A DNA stretch of 64,000 bases from Minisyncoccota bacterium (GCA_041663005.1 JBAZRK010000002.1:128740-192739), one strand, 5' to 3'. Positions 8,999 through 18,307 are shown, counted from the first letter of the stretch. Numbers and translations: made by a program. The notes: generated by a model not told the origin, from the letters alone.

Positions 8999-10096
8999 AT
9001 GAAAATTGAATGCTCTGTTGAAAAAATTAAAAATGCAATTTACCAAACCGAAAGGGTTACAGGTAAAAATCTAACCCTGCCAGTTTTAAGTTCTATCCTT
9101 TTAATCGCTTCGGGGAAATCTTTAAAATTACGAGCCACAAATTTAAGTATTGGTATTGAAATAGAAATCCCAGCAAAAATTGAAAAAGAAGGAATTTTAG
9201 CAGTTTCTGGGTCGGTTTTAAATGCGGTCTTCTCTAACTTACCTACTAATGATAATGTTTTCCTGGAGGAAAAGAATGGTAATTTGTCGGTTAAAACAAA
9301 AAAGAGCCAAATAATACTCAAAGGGCAATCCCATGAAGATTTCCCAACTATACCATCTGTATCTGGATCAAATTTTGAAATAGATTCCAAAAAATTTACA
9401 GAAGGAATAAAATCTGTGTATTATAGCTCCTCGGTTTCAGATATAAAGCCAGAAATATCCAGTGTGTTTATGTATACCAATGATGATGGCTTGGTGTTTG
9501 TTTCCACTGATTCGTTCCGCTTAGCAGAGAAAAAAATAAAAGCGAAGGGGATTGAAGAAATACCTGGAATTATAATCCCATTTAAAAATGTAGTTGAAAT
9601 TTTACGAGTATTCGGGGATGCAAGTGGTGTTATTAAGGTGTGTTTTAATAAAAACCAAATATCATTTTCTTCCGATAATATATACCTAACCTCTCGGATT
9701 ATTGATGGAATTTTCCCCGATTATCGACAAATATTACCTAAAGATACTTCTACGGAGATAGTGGTTTTGAAGCAAGACTTGCTTAACGCCCTAAAATTAT
9801 CAAATGTATTTTCTGATAAATTTAATCAAGTAAACTTTTCCGCCGACCCGAAACAGAAAATTCTTGAACTATCCTCTACTAATAATGATGTGGGTGAGAA
9901 CAAAACCCGATTAGACGCAGTGTTGAAAGGGGAAGGGGTGGAACTAGGCTTCAATTATAAATACTTCTTAGATTGCTTCCAATCTATTACAACCGATAGT
10001 GTTTCAATAAAAATGTCCGGCGGCAGCAAGCCAATGGTTATAACCCCGGTTTCTGACACATCCTTCACATACCTCATAATGCCAATGAATAGGTAG
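8999..10096 (+). CDS. dnaN: DNA polymerase III beta sliding clamp
   Basis: 365 aa with three-domain clamp architecture. Sits in the conserved position after dnaA. Confidence 0.9.
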   Translation: MKIECSVEKIKNAIYQTERVTGKNLTLPVLSSILLIASGKSLKLRATNLSIGIEIEIPAKIEKEGILAVSGSVLNAVFSNLPTNDNVFLEEKNGNLSVKTKKSQIILKGQSHEDFPTIPSVSGSNFEIDSKKFTEGIKSVYYSSSVSDIKPEISSVFMYTNDDGLVFVSTDSFRLAEKKIKAKGIEEIPGIIIPFKNVVEILRVFGDASGVIKVCFNKNQISFSSDNIYLTSRIIDGIFPDYRQILPKDTSTEIVVLKQDLLNALKLSNVFSDKFNQVNFSADPKQKILELSSTNNDVGENKTRLDAVLKGEGVELGFNYKYFLDCFQSITTDSVSIKMSGGSKPMVITPVSDTSFTYLIMPMNR

Positions 10097-10116
10097 GGTT
10101 CGAAGAAATTTAAATT

Positions 10117-10377
10117 ATGATAGAGATAAAAAACCTACTCGAAAGATTCTCGAGCATAATTCTCTCCGAAGAGAACAAGAGAGAGTCGGTTCGTAGGGCA
10201 GTTTCGGAAACACTCCACATGGAGATAAAAAGTGAGGATGTAAAAATAAAAAACAGTGTTATTTATTTAAACATAAAACCCATCTACAAAAACGAAGTTT
10301 TAATGAAGCGGGAGCAAATTTTTAAAAGGCTGCAAGAGCTATTTTTAGGGAAAAATCCACCACTTGAAATAAGGTAA
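10117..10377 (+). CDS. small hypothetical protein downstream of dnaN (position typical of DUF721/DciA-like or RNA-binding proteins)
   Basis: 86-aa ORF 20 nt after dnaN. No motif recognized; the assignment rests on position only. Confidence 0.35.
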   Translation: MIEIKNLLERFSSIILSEENKRESVRRAVSETLHMEIKSEDVKIKNSVIYLNIKPIYKNEVLMKREQIFKRLQELFLGKNPPLEIR

Positions 10378-12915
10378 TTACTCGCTAATTTTGAAGGTAG
10401 TTGTGGTTTCTCCTCTATTGTATATTTTGTCGTAGTAAACTATTTTAAGTTCATTCACCACTTGGAGATTTTCTAGGTTTTGTGGGGTGAAAGAGTAGTT
10501 AAATGGTGGAGTAAGGTTATCCATATATATATCATTAATAAACACATCCACCTTCTCAATTGGGTAAGAGCCTAAGTTTTTTAATAAAAGAGATATTTTC
10601 TGATCCTGTGGATACACAGCGTCATTCTTTGGAGAAATTATGGACATTTGAGACCTGCTAACTCCGGTATGAATGTCATCAGCCCCAACTGGTTTATCAG
10701 CCCAGGCGGTTACGGGGTACTTCAATTTGTTCTGTGCCCACCAGTTCTGAACGGCAGTTTCCCAGTTGTTAAATTGATAGTCATTCCCGGGATTCACTGG
10801 AGCCGGGCCGGTTATGTCTTTTCTATCTACCCAGTACAGTATTGAATGGACATTGGTGACAACTCTCTCTTCACGGGTCTCAAGTGGTGTGTCGGCGGTA
10901 GCAAGCTTGCCCGAAATTTTATCAATGAAGAAGCTCTCACCCCCCTGCCAATATCCACGGAGGACGGGCTTGGTGGTGAGAGGGTCTACTTCAAGGTTTG
11001 GTTCTTCAAAGGTTTCGTTCGGCACAACCTTCAGAGCCTCATTCATAAATTTATTCCAAATAGGACCTGCAAGGGCTGCACCACCTTTTCGCATAGGAGT
11101 GTTGTCGTTGTTTCCAGCCCAAACCCCCACTACAACGGAAGGAGTATAGCCTATTGTCCAGGCGTCCTTGTTGTTGTTGGTGGTTCCGGTTTTTACAGCA
11201 ACATCCCTACCTGGTATATTTAAAACCGAGTTAGCCCCAAACGTAGGGATACGTGCAGAGTTATCAGACAATATGTCGGAAATAATTAAAGCGGTATTTT
11301 TCGGCAGGACTTCCCGAGGAGCTGGAGTAAATTCTTCTAAAACTTGCCCTGTCGAATTCTCAACTTTTATAATTCCAGTGTAAGAATTCTTCATTCCGCT
11401 ATTGGCAAATACTCCATAAGCCGTAGTCATGTCGAGGAGGGACACTTCACCGCCTCCGATAACCAATGTCAGACCGTATCTACCAGGGTCACCGAGGGTG
11501 CTGATCCCCATATTCTCGGCAGTGCGCAGGGCGTCTATAGTACCAGCTAAATAAAACAATTTTACTGCGGGAATGTTGATTGACTGAGCTAAGGCGTCTC
11601 GGAGTTTCATTGGGCCTCGAAAAGCGCCGTCATAGTTTTGAGGCATATAACAATCTGATGCACTTCGTCCACCCTTCGGTCGCCCATACGGGTCGCAGGT
11701 TGATTGAAATTCTGTAGGTACATCGAAGAGTACTGTGTCCTCTGTAAAGCCCTTATTGAAGGCCGTAGCGTAAATGAAGGGCTTAAAGGAGGATCCTGGC
11801 TGGCGGGCGGCGGTGGCCACGTTGAAATTGCCATCAATTGCTTTATCGAAATAATCTCTCGAGCCTACCATTGTAAGTATTTGTCCGGTCTTGGGGTCTA
11901 TGGCCACAAGCGCAGCATTTTTACCATTCCAGCTCTTCTCGTTTTCAAGTGCGCCTTCACGCACAAACTCTTCAGCTTTCGCCTGAAGTTCAGCATCAAT
12001 TGTGGTTATTACTTTAAGTCCACCGTTTTCCACCATGTCGGCTCCGTACTTCTCTTCCAGATATTCCCTAATAAAAAATACAAAATGAGGGGCTTTAATT
12101 CCCGCAGTTGCCTGTGGTACAAACGTTACCACCTCACTTTTAGCGGAATTGTATTCTTCCTCGGTTATAAATTTCAACTCAAGCATCCTGCGCAATACCA
12201 AATTTTTCCTAGATTCTAGGCGGTCTTTATGTTTCCCGTAAGGGGAGAGCACTGTCGGAGACTGGGGAATAGAAGCAAGGTAGGCTGCCTCGGCGAGCGT
12301 AAGGTCGAGAGCACCCTTGTTGAAGTAAGTATTCGCGGCGGCCTCGATGCCGTAGATGGTGCCGCCATAAGGAACCTCGTTCAAATAATATTCCAAAATT
12401 TCTTCTTTCGACATTACCCGTTCAATTTTCACTGCGAGAACCCACTCCTTAATCTTGCGTATATACCTGTCGAGACCTTGTTCCGAGCTAAGCAAAGTAT
12501 TTTTTACCAACTGTTGCGTTATCGTCGAGCCACCTCCACCTATCCCTATGTGCGTTAGGTTGGATAGCACCGCACGCATTGTAGAAGTTATGCGGATGCC
12601 GTGGTGGTTGTAAAATTCCGAGTCCTCAATGGCGACAGTGGCGTTCTTGATATTCGGGCTCATTTTGTCGAAAGTCACATTGGTGCGTTTGATGTCTTGG
12701 TGGATGTCATAGAGGAGCACTTGGCCTGTGCGGTCGTATATTTTTGTTGAGTTAGCAATTTTGCGAGCGTCGAAGGAATTAAAGTCGGGAATTTTCATCG
12801 AAAACAAAAACAGAACTACGAGTCCAGATATTAATATTGCCCCGCTCCCCAGAAGAAGGGCGGTATTTTTAAGTAGTTTTTTATTTTTGTGCACTTTTTT
12901 CAGGAATTTAAGCAT
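10378..12915 (-). CDS. mrcA: bifunctional class A penicillin-binding protein (glycosyltransferase + transpeptidase), PBP1A-like
   Basis: 845 aa. N-terminal TM. GT51 motifs (GGGSTITQQLVKN). Transpeptidase motifs SSFKP, SxN region and KTGTT. Long C-terminal extension. Confidence 0.85.
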   Translation of the reverse strand: MLKFLKKVHKNKKLLKNTALLLGSGAILISGLVVLFLFSMKIPDFNSFDARKIANSTKIYDRTGQVLLYDIHQDIKRTNVTFDKMSPNIKNATVAIEDSEFYNHHGIRITSTMRAVLSNLTHIGIGGGGSTITQQLVKNTLLSSEQGLDRYIRKIKEWVLAVKIERVMSKEEILEYYLNEVPYGGTIYGIEAAANTYFNKGALDLTLAEAAYLASIPQSPTVLSPYGKHKDRLESRKNLVLRRMLELKFITEEEYNSAKSEVVTFVPQATAGIKAPHFVFFIREYLEEKYGADMVENGGLKVITTIDAELQAKAEEFVREGALENEKSWNGKNAALVAIDPKTGQILTMVGSRDYFDKAIDGNFNVATAARQPGSSFKPFIYATAFNKGFTEDTVLFDVPTEFQSTCDPYGRPKGGRSASDCYMPQNYDGAFRGPMKLRDALAQSINIPAVKLFYLAGTIDALRTAENMGISTLGDPGRYGLTLVIGGGEVSLLDMTTAYGVFANSGMKNSYTGIIKVENSTGQVLEEFTPAPREVLPKNTALIISDILSDNSARIPTFGANSVLNIPGRDVAVKTGTTNNNKDAWTIGYTPSVVVGVWAGNNDNTPMRKGGAALAGPIWNKFMNEALKVVPNETFEEPNLEVDPLTTKPVLRGYWQGGESFFIDKISGKLATADTPLETREERVVTNVHSILYWVDRKDITGPAPVNPGNDYQFNNWETAVQNWWAQNKLKYPVTAWADKPVGADDIHTGVSRSQMSIISPKNDAVYPQDQKISLLLKNLGSYPIEKVDVFINDIYMDNLTPPFNYSFTPQNLENLQVVNELKIVYYDKIYNRGETTTTFKISE

Positions 12916-12955
12916 ACTTAATCATAGCAGAAAATGTGTTATAATCGAAGACAAT

Positions 12956-14140
12956 ATGAAAGCCGTAGCACAGGGGGACAAAATAACAGAGTTACTTACC
13001 CGTGGAGTAGACAAAATATATCCTTCACGCGAAGCGCTCGAAGAAGCCCTTCGCTCCGGCAAAAAACTCAAGCTCTACCAAGGCTTCGACCCGACAGGCG
13101 ACAAGCTTCACCTCGGGCATATGGTTGGCCTCCGTAAACACAGACAGTGGCAAGATTTAGGCCACGAAGTAATATTCCTCATTGGTGACGGCACCGGGCA
13201 AGCAGGAGACCCCACCGGCAAGAAGAAAACCCGAGAGAAATTTTTCACTCAAGAAGAATTACGCGCGAATGCTAAAGGTTATTTAGAACAAGCTTCTAAA
13301 ATAGTGCGCTTTGGTGGCGAGAACCCGATCAAGATTCTTTATAACGGCGACTGGCTTAACAAGCTTACTCTGCCGGAAATTTTAAATATCCTGGGAAATT
13401 TTTCGGAGCAACAGCTAGTAGAACGGGATATGTTTCAAGAACGTTTAAAAAAACAAGAAGAAATTAATATGCGGGAATTTATGTACCCAGTACTTCAGGC
13501 CTACGATTCTGTGGCGATGGAAGTCGACTTGGAGCTTGGCGGCTCTGATCAGACATTCAATATGCTCGCGGGGCGGACATTAATGAAAAAAATGAAAGGC
13601 AAGGAAAAGTTTGTGATGACTACGCCACTACTTTCTGATTCAAAAGGAGTAAAAATTGGAAAAACAGAAGGTAACGTCATAGGCCTCACCGACGAACCTA
13701 ATGATTTGTTTGGGAAAATTATGTCTTTGGGTGACGACGCAATTATTCCGATGTTTACCTTACTTACTGATGTGCCGACAGAAGAAATAAAAACTTTTAA
13801 TCTAAAAAAGGATGCGATGATGCTCAAAAAGAAGGTAGCAAAGATTCTAGTAGCAACCCTACACTCAGAAAAGGAAGCGCAGGAAGCCGAAGATAGCTTC
13901 AGCAATACTTTTCAGAAAAAAGAAATTCCCGAAGAAGTCGAGGAGATAAAATTAGGTAAAAATTTACTCGACACCCTAGTATCAAGCAAGGTGGCTCTGT
14001 CTACCTCTGCCGCGCGCCGACTTCTCGAAGAAGGGGCAATTACAGATATGACCGACAACAAGAAAATCTCGCTCAAGAGTGAATTAATCCCCGGGCACGT
14101 GTATCGAGTGGGCAAACACAAGTTCATAAAAATAAAATAG
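12956..14140 (+). CDS. tyrS: tyrosine--tRNA ligase
   Basis: HIGH-class motif LHLGH. KMSKS-variant KIGKT. C-terminal S4-like domain. Start set at the ATG at 12956 (MKAVAQ) rather than the long upstream ORF, which would overlap the PBP1A start. Confidence 0.9.
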   Translation: MKAVAQGDKITELLTRGVDKIYPSREALEEALRSGKKLKLYQGFDPTGDKLHLGHMVGLRKHRQWQDLGHEVIFLIGDGTGQAGDPTGKKKTREKFFTQEELRANAKGYLEQASKIVRFGGENPIKILYNGDWLNKLTLPEILNILGNFSEQQLVERDMFQERLKKQEEINMREFMYPVLQAYDSVAMEVDLELGGSDQTFNMLAGRTLMKKMKGKEKFVMTTPLLSDSKGVKIGKTEGNVIGLTDEPNDLFGKIMSLGDDAIIPMFTLLTDVPTEEIKTFNLKKDAMMLKKKVAKILVATLHSEKEAQEAEDSFSNTFQKKEIPEEVEEIKLGKNLLDTLVSSKVALSTSAARRLLEEGAITDMTDNKKISLKSELIPGHVYRVGKHKFIKIK

Positions 14141-14162
14141 CCCCGAGCGGGGCTATTTTATT
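14141..14162. terminator. rho-independent terminator hairpin (bidirectional) after tyrS
   Basis: AGCCCCGAGCGGGGCT hairpin followed by ATTTTA. On the other strand it is followed by a T-rich run and lies after the small acidic ORF. Confidence 0.6.
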
Positions 14163-14292
14163 AATGAAACCTATCGTCCGGATCGTAACTATCTTCGTCC
14201 TCTAACGCGATTCCTGCCTCTAAATCTATATCGGCGTCGTCAGTCATTTCGAAGGTGTCATCGTCCGTGACATTTTCGTCCTCATCGTGCAT
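14161..14292 (-). CDS. small highly acidic peptide ORF (43 aa)
   Basis: Hand translation: MHDEDENVTDDDTFEMTDDADIDLEAGIALEDEDSYDPDDRFH. About 50% Asp/Glu. Flanked by a terminator. No RBS seen, so speculative. Confidence 0.25.
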   Translation of the reverse strand: MHDEDENVTDDDTFEMTDDADIDLEAGIALEDEDSYDPDDRFH

Positions 14293-14401
14293 ATAAAAGC
14301 GATGTTTATATTAGCAAGCTTATAATGCCTACTTTGTATCAAATAAAGAAATACTCTGCAATAGAATATGTGGATAACCCTTCGATAAACAGAGAGCAGG
14401 T

Positions 14402-14908
14402 TTAGCGCAGGTGGGCCAGGCCGGTTATGGCTATGGCGATGGCGTCGAGTTCGTCATCGGACTCCCGCCCGACCGAAAGGTTTCGGCCGTTCGGGCGGGT
14501 TTTAGGAGTAATGTCTACCAGCATTTTTACCATTTTGATTATCTGAGCCTTGTCGGATTTGCCATAACCCGTAGTGGCTATTTTGATTTGCGGAGGAGAG
14601 GCTTCGAAAATTCTAAGCCCAGCCCGAGCCGCCTCGTACATTACCACCCCGCGAGCTTCAGCGACGCGCATTACTGTCTTCTGGTTGGTGGTGAGAAATA
14701 AAGTCTCTATCGCTAGAACCCCAGGCTTGTATTTTTTAATTACCGCGCGGACTTCTTCACCTATCAAATTTAACCTTTCACTGAATTCTAACTTCGCGGA
14801 TGTTTTAAAACATTCGGAAAATAAAACAACCTCCTTACCGCGTGCCGATTTCTCGAGTACAGCAACGCCTAGCCTTTCAAACCCGGGATCAATTCCTAAA
14901 ATTATCAT
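14402..14908 (-). CDS. ruvC: crossover junction endodeoxyribonuclease RuvC
   Basis: 168 aa starting MIILGIDPG with the RuvC catalytic D7. RNase H-like fold signature. Confidence 0.9.
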   Translation of the reverse strand: MIILGIDPGFERLGVAVLEKSARGKEVVLFSECFKTSAKLEFSERLNLIGEEVRAVIKKYKPGVLAIETLFLTTNQKTVMRVAEARGVVMYEAARAGLRIFEASPPQIKIATTGYGKSDKAQIIKMVKMLVDITPKTRPNGRNLSVGRESDDELDAIAIAITGLAHLR

Positions 14909-14993
14909 TCCGTTAGAAGCAGGTCGCGGTCAAACCGTGACTACTTAATATTTTATAATAATAGCGACCGCGGCTTCTAACGGAAATCATAAA

Positions 14994-15530
14994 TTATTCC
15001 GCGTTAGTATAAACATCTTGTACGTCATCATTTTCTTCCAGTTCTTCCACTAATTTATCCAACATTGCCAAATCTTCGTCGGAGAGAGGAATAGTATTCG
15101 TAGGTTTCCAGACTAAACCTTCAGGAGTTATCTCTTTTTGAAACGCCCAAGTCACCGAACCTATTGCGCCCAAGTTGAAACCGTTTTTCGTGAGTGTGTG
15201 CTTAATGTCTTGCACGGTTCTGTTCTTACTGTCGGTTAGAGTTTCAATAATTATTCCAACTCCGCCTGGGCCGTGAGCTTCGTAGTGTATCGCATCCATA
15301 TGCGCACCCGGTTCGCTCGCTTTCTTCACCGCGCGCTCGATGTTGTCTGCCGGCATATTTACTTTTTTCGCTTTTTCAATCGCTGCGCGGAGCCCCGGGC
15401 TATCTTTTCCACCCGAAAGTTTTGCTTCTACAGAAATGAAACGTACCAGCTTGGAGAAAATTTTGCTTTTCTTCGCATCCGTAATTCCCTTTTGTCTTTT
15501 GATTTGTGTCCAGCGATTATGTCCCGACAT
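14994..15530 (-). CDS. yebC: YebC/PmpR-family transcriptional regulator (short form, 178 aa)
   Basis: N-terminal MSGHNRWTQIKRQKG and C-terminal DDVQDVY match the YebC termini. About 70 aa shorter than typical YebC. Confidence 0.85.
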   Translation of the reverse strand: MSGHNRWTQIKRQKGITDAKKSKIFSKLVRFISVEAKLSGGKDSPGLRAAIEKAKKVNMPADNIERAVKKASEPGAHMDAIHYEAHGPGGVGIIIETLTDSKNRTVQDIKHTLTKNGFNLGAIGSVTWAFQKEITPEGLVWKPTNTIPLSDEDLAMLDKLVEELEENDDVQDVYTNAE

Positions 15531-16350
15531 GGTTTATTAAGGTTAGTACTTTTAATGCATCACCCTTTCTTTTTTCATGCTTTAAATAAGGAAGCAGGTT
15601 AGAAATTATTTTACCTAAATCTCTTTTATTATACACGAATACACCATAAACATCCTTATTTGATTTTACACCATTTTTTACGGAACCAGCCGCCCTGACA
15701 AATTGCAAACGTGTTTTTACTCCAATACGTGGCAGTATTTTCGACTGTATTTGCGCCATTGTATGCTTATCTTGGGTTTTTATAGAAAACACAGGTTGAT
15801 TTCGATAATTAATTGAAAATGTTCCCTCAGCATCTACATACCCTGCAAAAAAAGCCAAAGCGGTATTTCTTTTACCTAAAATTTCCTTAGGTACTCCACC
15901 GGCTTTATTTATTAAAAAAGAAAAAGAATTGTTTAAATAACACCTTATATTCACAGCACCTTGTTTATCTGGGCCGATTTCTTTTACGTGGCCGTATTTA
16001 CAAAATAAATCCCTAACAAGACTTAATTGTTCTAATTTGCCACTGTTGGTGCTGGCACGAATGGTTGGGCTATCGGGGTGGGTTTTACTGATATATAAAT
16101 CACCATATCTAAATCCCAAAAGATAAGCTTTTTCTTCAGGTGATCCGCAGAAATCTTTTCGCGGGTATTTAGGGGGAGTTAATGCCTTGCCTTGTTGGAT
16201 TGTTCTGGTAGGAATACGAAAAAGTTTTAGTTTTTTCATTACCAAAGCCTGGCTGCAATTCAACTGCTTGCTTATTTGGTAGGAGCTGAGTTTCTTCTTT
16301 AGATACAAATCGAGTAACACACTTTTTTGGATGTTTATAAAGCTGGGCAC
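15517..16350 (-). CDS. double-motif LAGLIDADG homing endonuclease with N-terminal HTH
   Basis: 277 aa. Motif 1 YLLGFRYGDLYIS and motif 2 AFFAGYVDAEGTFSI. N-terminal helix-turn-helix (SSYQISKQLNCSQALVMKKL). Its 3' end overlaps the yebC start by 14 nt. Confidence 0.7.
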   Translation of the reverse strand: MPSFINIQKSVLLDLYLKKKLSSYQISKQLNCSQALVMKKLKLFRIPTRTIQQGKALTPPKYPRKDFCGSPEEKAYLLGFRYGDLYISKTHPDSPTIRASTNSGKLEQLSLVRDLFCKYGHVKEIGPDKQGAVNIRCYLNNSFSFLINKAGGVPKEILGKRNTALAFFAGYVDAEGTFSINYRNQPVFSIKTQDKHTMAQIQSKILPRIGVKTRLQFVRAAGSVKNGVKSNKDVYGVFVYNKRDLGKIISNLLPYLKHEKRKGDALKVLTLINHVGT

Positions 16351-16439
16351 AAACTAAGTATACCATAAAACTTAACAGGTTACTCTGTGCATAACCCTAC
16401 TTGTTTTTCATTTACATATATTGCACTATTGTCCTTATC

Positions 16440-16869
16440 GAGACTCAGCAGCACAACGAGCTCGATAGGGGCGCTTGCTCCACATTTGGTACCGCTACGG
16501 ATAAAGGACCGTGGCACATTAAGGTCGTCAGTTTTAGGAGACGACCGAGTTCTTTCAAAGAGGCGTGCGACGCGTAGTCGCACATACGATTCACACTTAA
16601 GTTCTTTCCGCACGAAAAGCCAGGCGGTGGCAACACTGGCACTGGCGATCCCTGAGCTAGGAGGCTCTATGAATCGCATTGCCCATCGGTTCAAGACCCC
16701 GTTCTTCATGCTGGCGATGATGCTCGTCGCGGCGCCGGCAGCCACTTCGAAGAAGACGTTCTGATCCACCGGTGCGGAAAAGCGCTGGAGCTTGCTCTCC
16801 AGCTGGCGGTGGGGACCTTCGGGTCCCCACCCACCCAAAATCTTCGGATTTTGGCATTACATCAAAACG
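16440..16869. ncRNA. unassigned GC-rich, hairpin-dense non-coding element adjacent to the LAGLIDADG gene (candidate structured RNA such as an intron/ribozyme core or RNase P-like RNA; identity unresolved)
   Basis: About 430 nt that is much more GC-rich than the flanks. It carries overlapping ORFs on both strands and in several frames, which is typical of structured RNA. Successive perfect hairpins are present, for example CCAAAATC-CGAA-GATTTTGG, GGGGACC-CGAA-GGTCCCC, GCTGGAG-AGCAAG-CTCCAGC and GTGCGAC-GCGTA-GTCGCAC. Weak matches to RNase P P4-like strings on the plus strand (AAAGGACCGUGGCACAUUAAGG; AAAACGGCUUAG). A strong plus-strand terminator follows. Confidence 0.3.
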
Positions 16870-16916
16870 GCTTAGTAATTTTTCTTTTCTAAAGAGAAAT
16901 TGCTAAGCTTTTTTCG
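16870..16916 (+). terminator. rho-independent terminator (hairpin + T6) on the plus strand, downstream of the GC-rich element; could also serve ruvB on the minus strand
   Basis: GCTTAGTAATTT...AAATTGCTAAGC stem followed by TTTTTTCG. Confidence 0.55.
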
Positions 16917-16956
16917 TTCTTATCATTCTTGACGACCAGATAAAAGTGATAAGAAG

Positions 16957-18024
16957 CTATATTAGTTTTTCTTGCCCTTTTTTCAAATCGAACCCGAGAT
17001 GTTCGTATGCTTTATTTGTAGCTACCCGTCCGCGAGGGGAGCGTTCGAGGAGGCCGAGCTGGAGGAGGTAAGGTTCAATGACTTCTTCCACGGTGGCTTC
17101 CTCTTCAGACATTGCCGCCGCGATAGTTTTGAGGCCGACGGGCCCGCCGTTAAACTTTTCAATTAAAACTTCCAAGAATTTTCTATCATTTTGATTAAGG
17201 CCTATCTCATCTACCGCGAGCATATTTAACGCCCCCACAGCAATTTTTTTACTAATTACCATTTTTTTACCTGCCCCGAGCGAAGTCGAGGGGTGTACTT
17301 GCGCGTAGTCGCGAACGCGTTTTAGGAAGTAGTTCGCCGTACGTGGAGTGAATCTACTTCTCTTTGCGATTTCTTCTAGCGCTTCCTTTTCTAATTCTGC
17401 TTCGAGGAGTTTGCTCGAGCGTTCGATAATTTTTGCAATTTCTTCATTGGAATAAAATTCCAAACGGAAAACTCCTCCAGAGAAACGGGAACGAAGAGGG
17501 GAGGAAACTAGAGCAACGCGCGTAGTTGCTGCGATGAGAGTAAACGGCGGCAGGTCGAGCTGGATGGTGCGCGCAGATGGACCCTTGCCTATAATAATGT
17601 CGAGGACTCCGGACTCCATAGCTGGGTAGAGAATTTCCTCCACCATTTTATTCAAGCGGTGGATTTCGTCTATGAAAAGGATGTCGCCGGGGGCAAGGTT
17701 GGTGAGGATTGAGGCTAAATCACCCACTTTTTCAATAGCGGGCCCGGAAGTTATTTTCATCTGCTTGCCAGTTTCCTTGGCTATGAGGTGGGCGAGAGTA
17801 GTTTTCCCTAAGCCCGGAGGCCCGTAGAAAAGTATGTGCTCCGGAATATGCCCGCGCTCTTCGGCGGCGCGGAGGAGGATTTTAACATTGTCTTTTATAT
17901 GTTTTTGACCGATGTAGTCGTCCCAGCGGGTAGGGCGGAGAGTTTGATCGAGAAAAGAGTCCGTATTCCCGTTCGTTTTTGGTGCTTCAGGAGCAGCTGT
18001 TTTGTGGGTTTTAGTACTTGACAT
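16957..18024 (-). CDS. ruvB: Holliday junction branch migration ATPase RuvB
   Basis: 355 aa. Walker A GPPGLGKTTLA. RuvB sensor and winged-helix regions. About 30-aa low-complexity N-terminal extension. Confidence 0.95.
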   Translation of the reverse strand: MSSTKTHKTAAPEAPKTNGNTDSFLDQTLRPTRWDDYIGQKHIKDNVKILLRAAEERGHIPEHILFYGPPGLGKTTLAHLIAKETGKQMKITSGPAIEKVGDLASILTNLAPGDILFIDEIHRLNKMVEEILYPAMESGVLDIIIGKGPSARTIQLDLPPFTLIAATTRVALVSSPLRSRFSGGVFRLEFYSNEEIAKIIERSSKLLEAELEKEALEEIAKRSRFTPRTANYFLKRVRDYAQVHPSTSLGAGKKMVISKKIAVGALNMLAVDEIGLNQNDRKFLEVLIEKFNGGPVGLKTIAAAMSEEEATVEEVIEPYLLQLGLLERSPRGRVATNKAYEHLGFDLKKGQEKLI

Positions 18025-18307
18025 TATATTAAGAATATGCTATACTCTATTTATGTACCTTTATCAACAGGGTATTAACATAGCTATCAACATTATAGCA
18101 TTTGTGCGATTACGCACATAGTATAATTCTTTTAGTGAGTTAGTTTGAAAAGAAGGCATTAATCTCTAAGCGATCAGCCACAGGTTATACAAAATTGCGT
18201 AGGACGTTCTGGTACTATTTATAGTCCACTGGGTCCATCCTATAATATTTTGTTACTTCTGGAACCAAGTTCTGGAAGGATTGTTTAGAGATTAATGCTT
18301 TTTTTAT

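Noticed and set aside
10648-12558. Antisense/alternate-frame ORFs inside the PBP1A gene (for example 11704-12219 +, 10846-11223 +)
   Set aside because: Fully contained within a high-confidence 845-aa CDS, with no independent signals.
12728-12955. Long N-terminal extension of the tyrS ORF from 12728
   Set aside because: Would overlap the divergent PBP1A start and encodes a hydrophobic, non-conserved leader. Canonical TyrRS begins at MKAVAQ (12956).
14369-14377. Perfect DnaA box TGTGGATAA downstream of ruvC
   Set aside because: Isolated 9-mer. Roughly one chance occurrence is expected in 64 kb on two strands. No AT-rich DUE or clustered boxes nearby.
16380-16857. ORFs of 65-152 aa inside the GC-rich element (16380-16838 -, 16387-16764 +, 16445-16642 -, 16657-16857 -)
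   Set aside because: Mutually overlapping frames on both strands. No motifs. The sequence is dominated by perfect hairpins. Better explained as a structured non-coding element.
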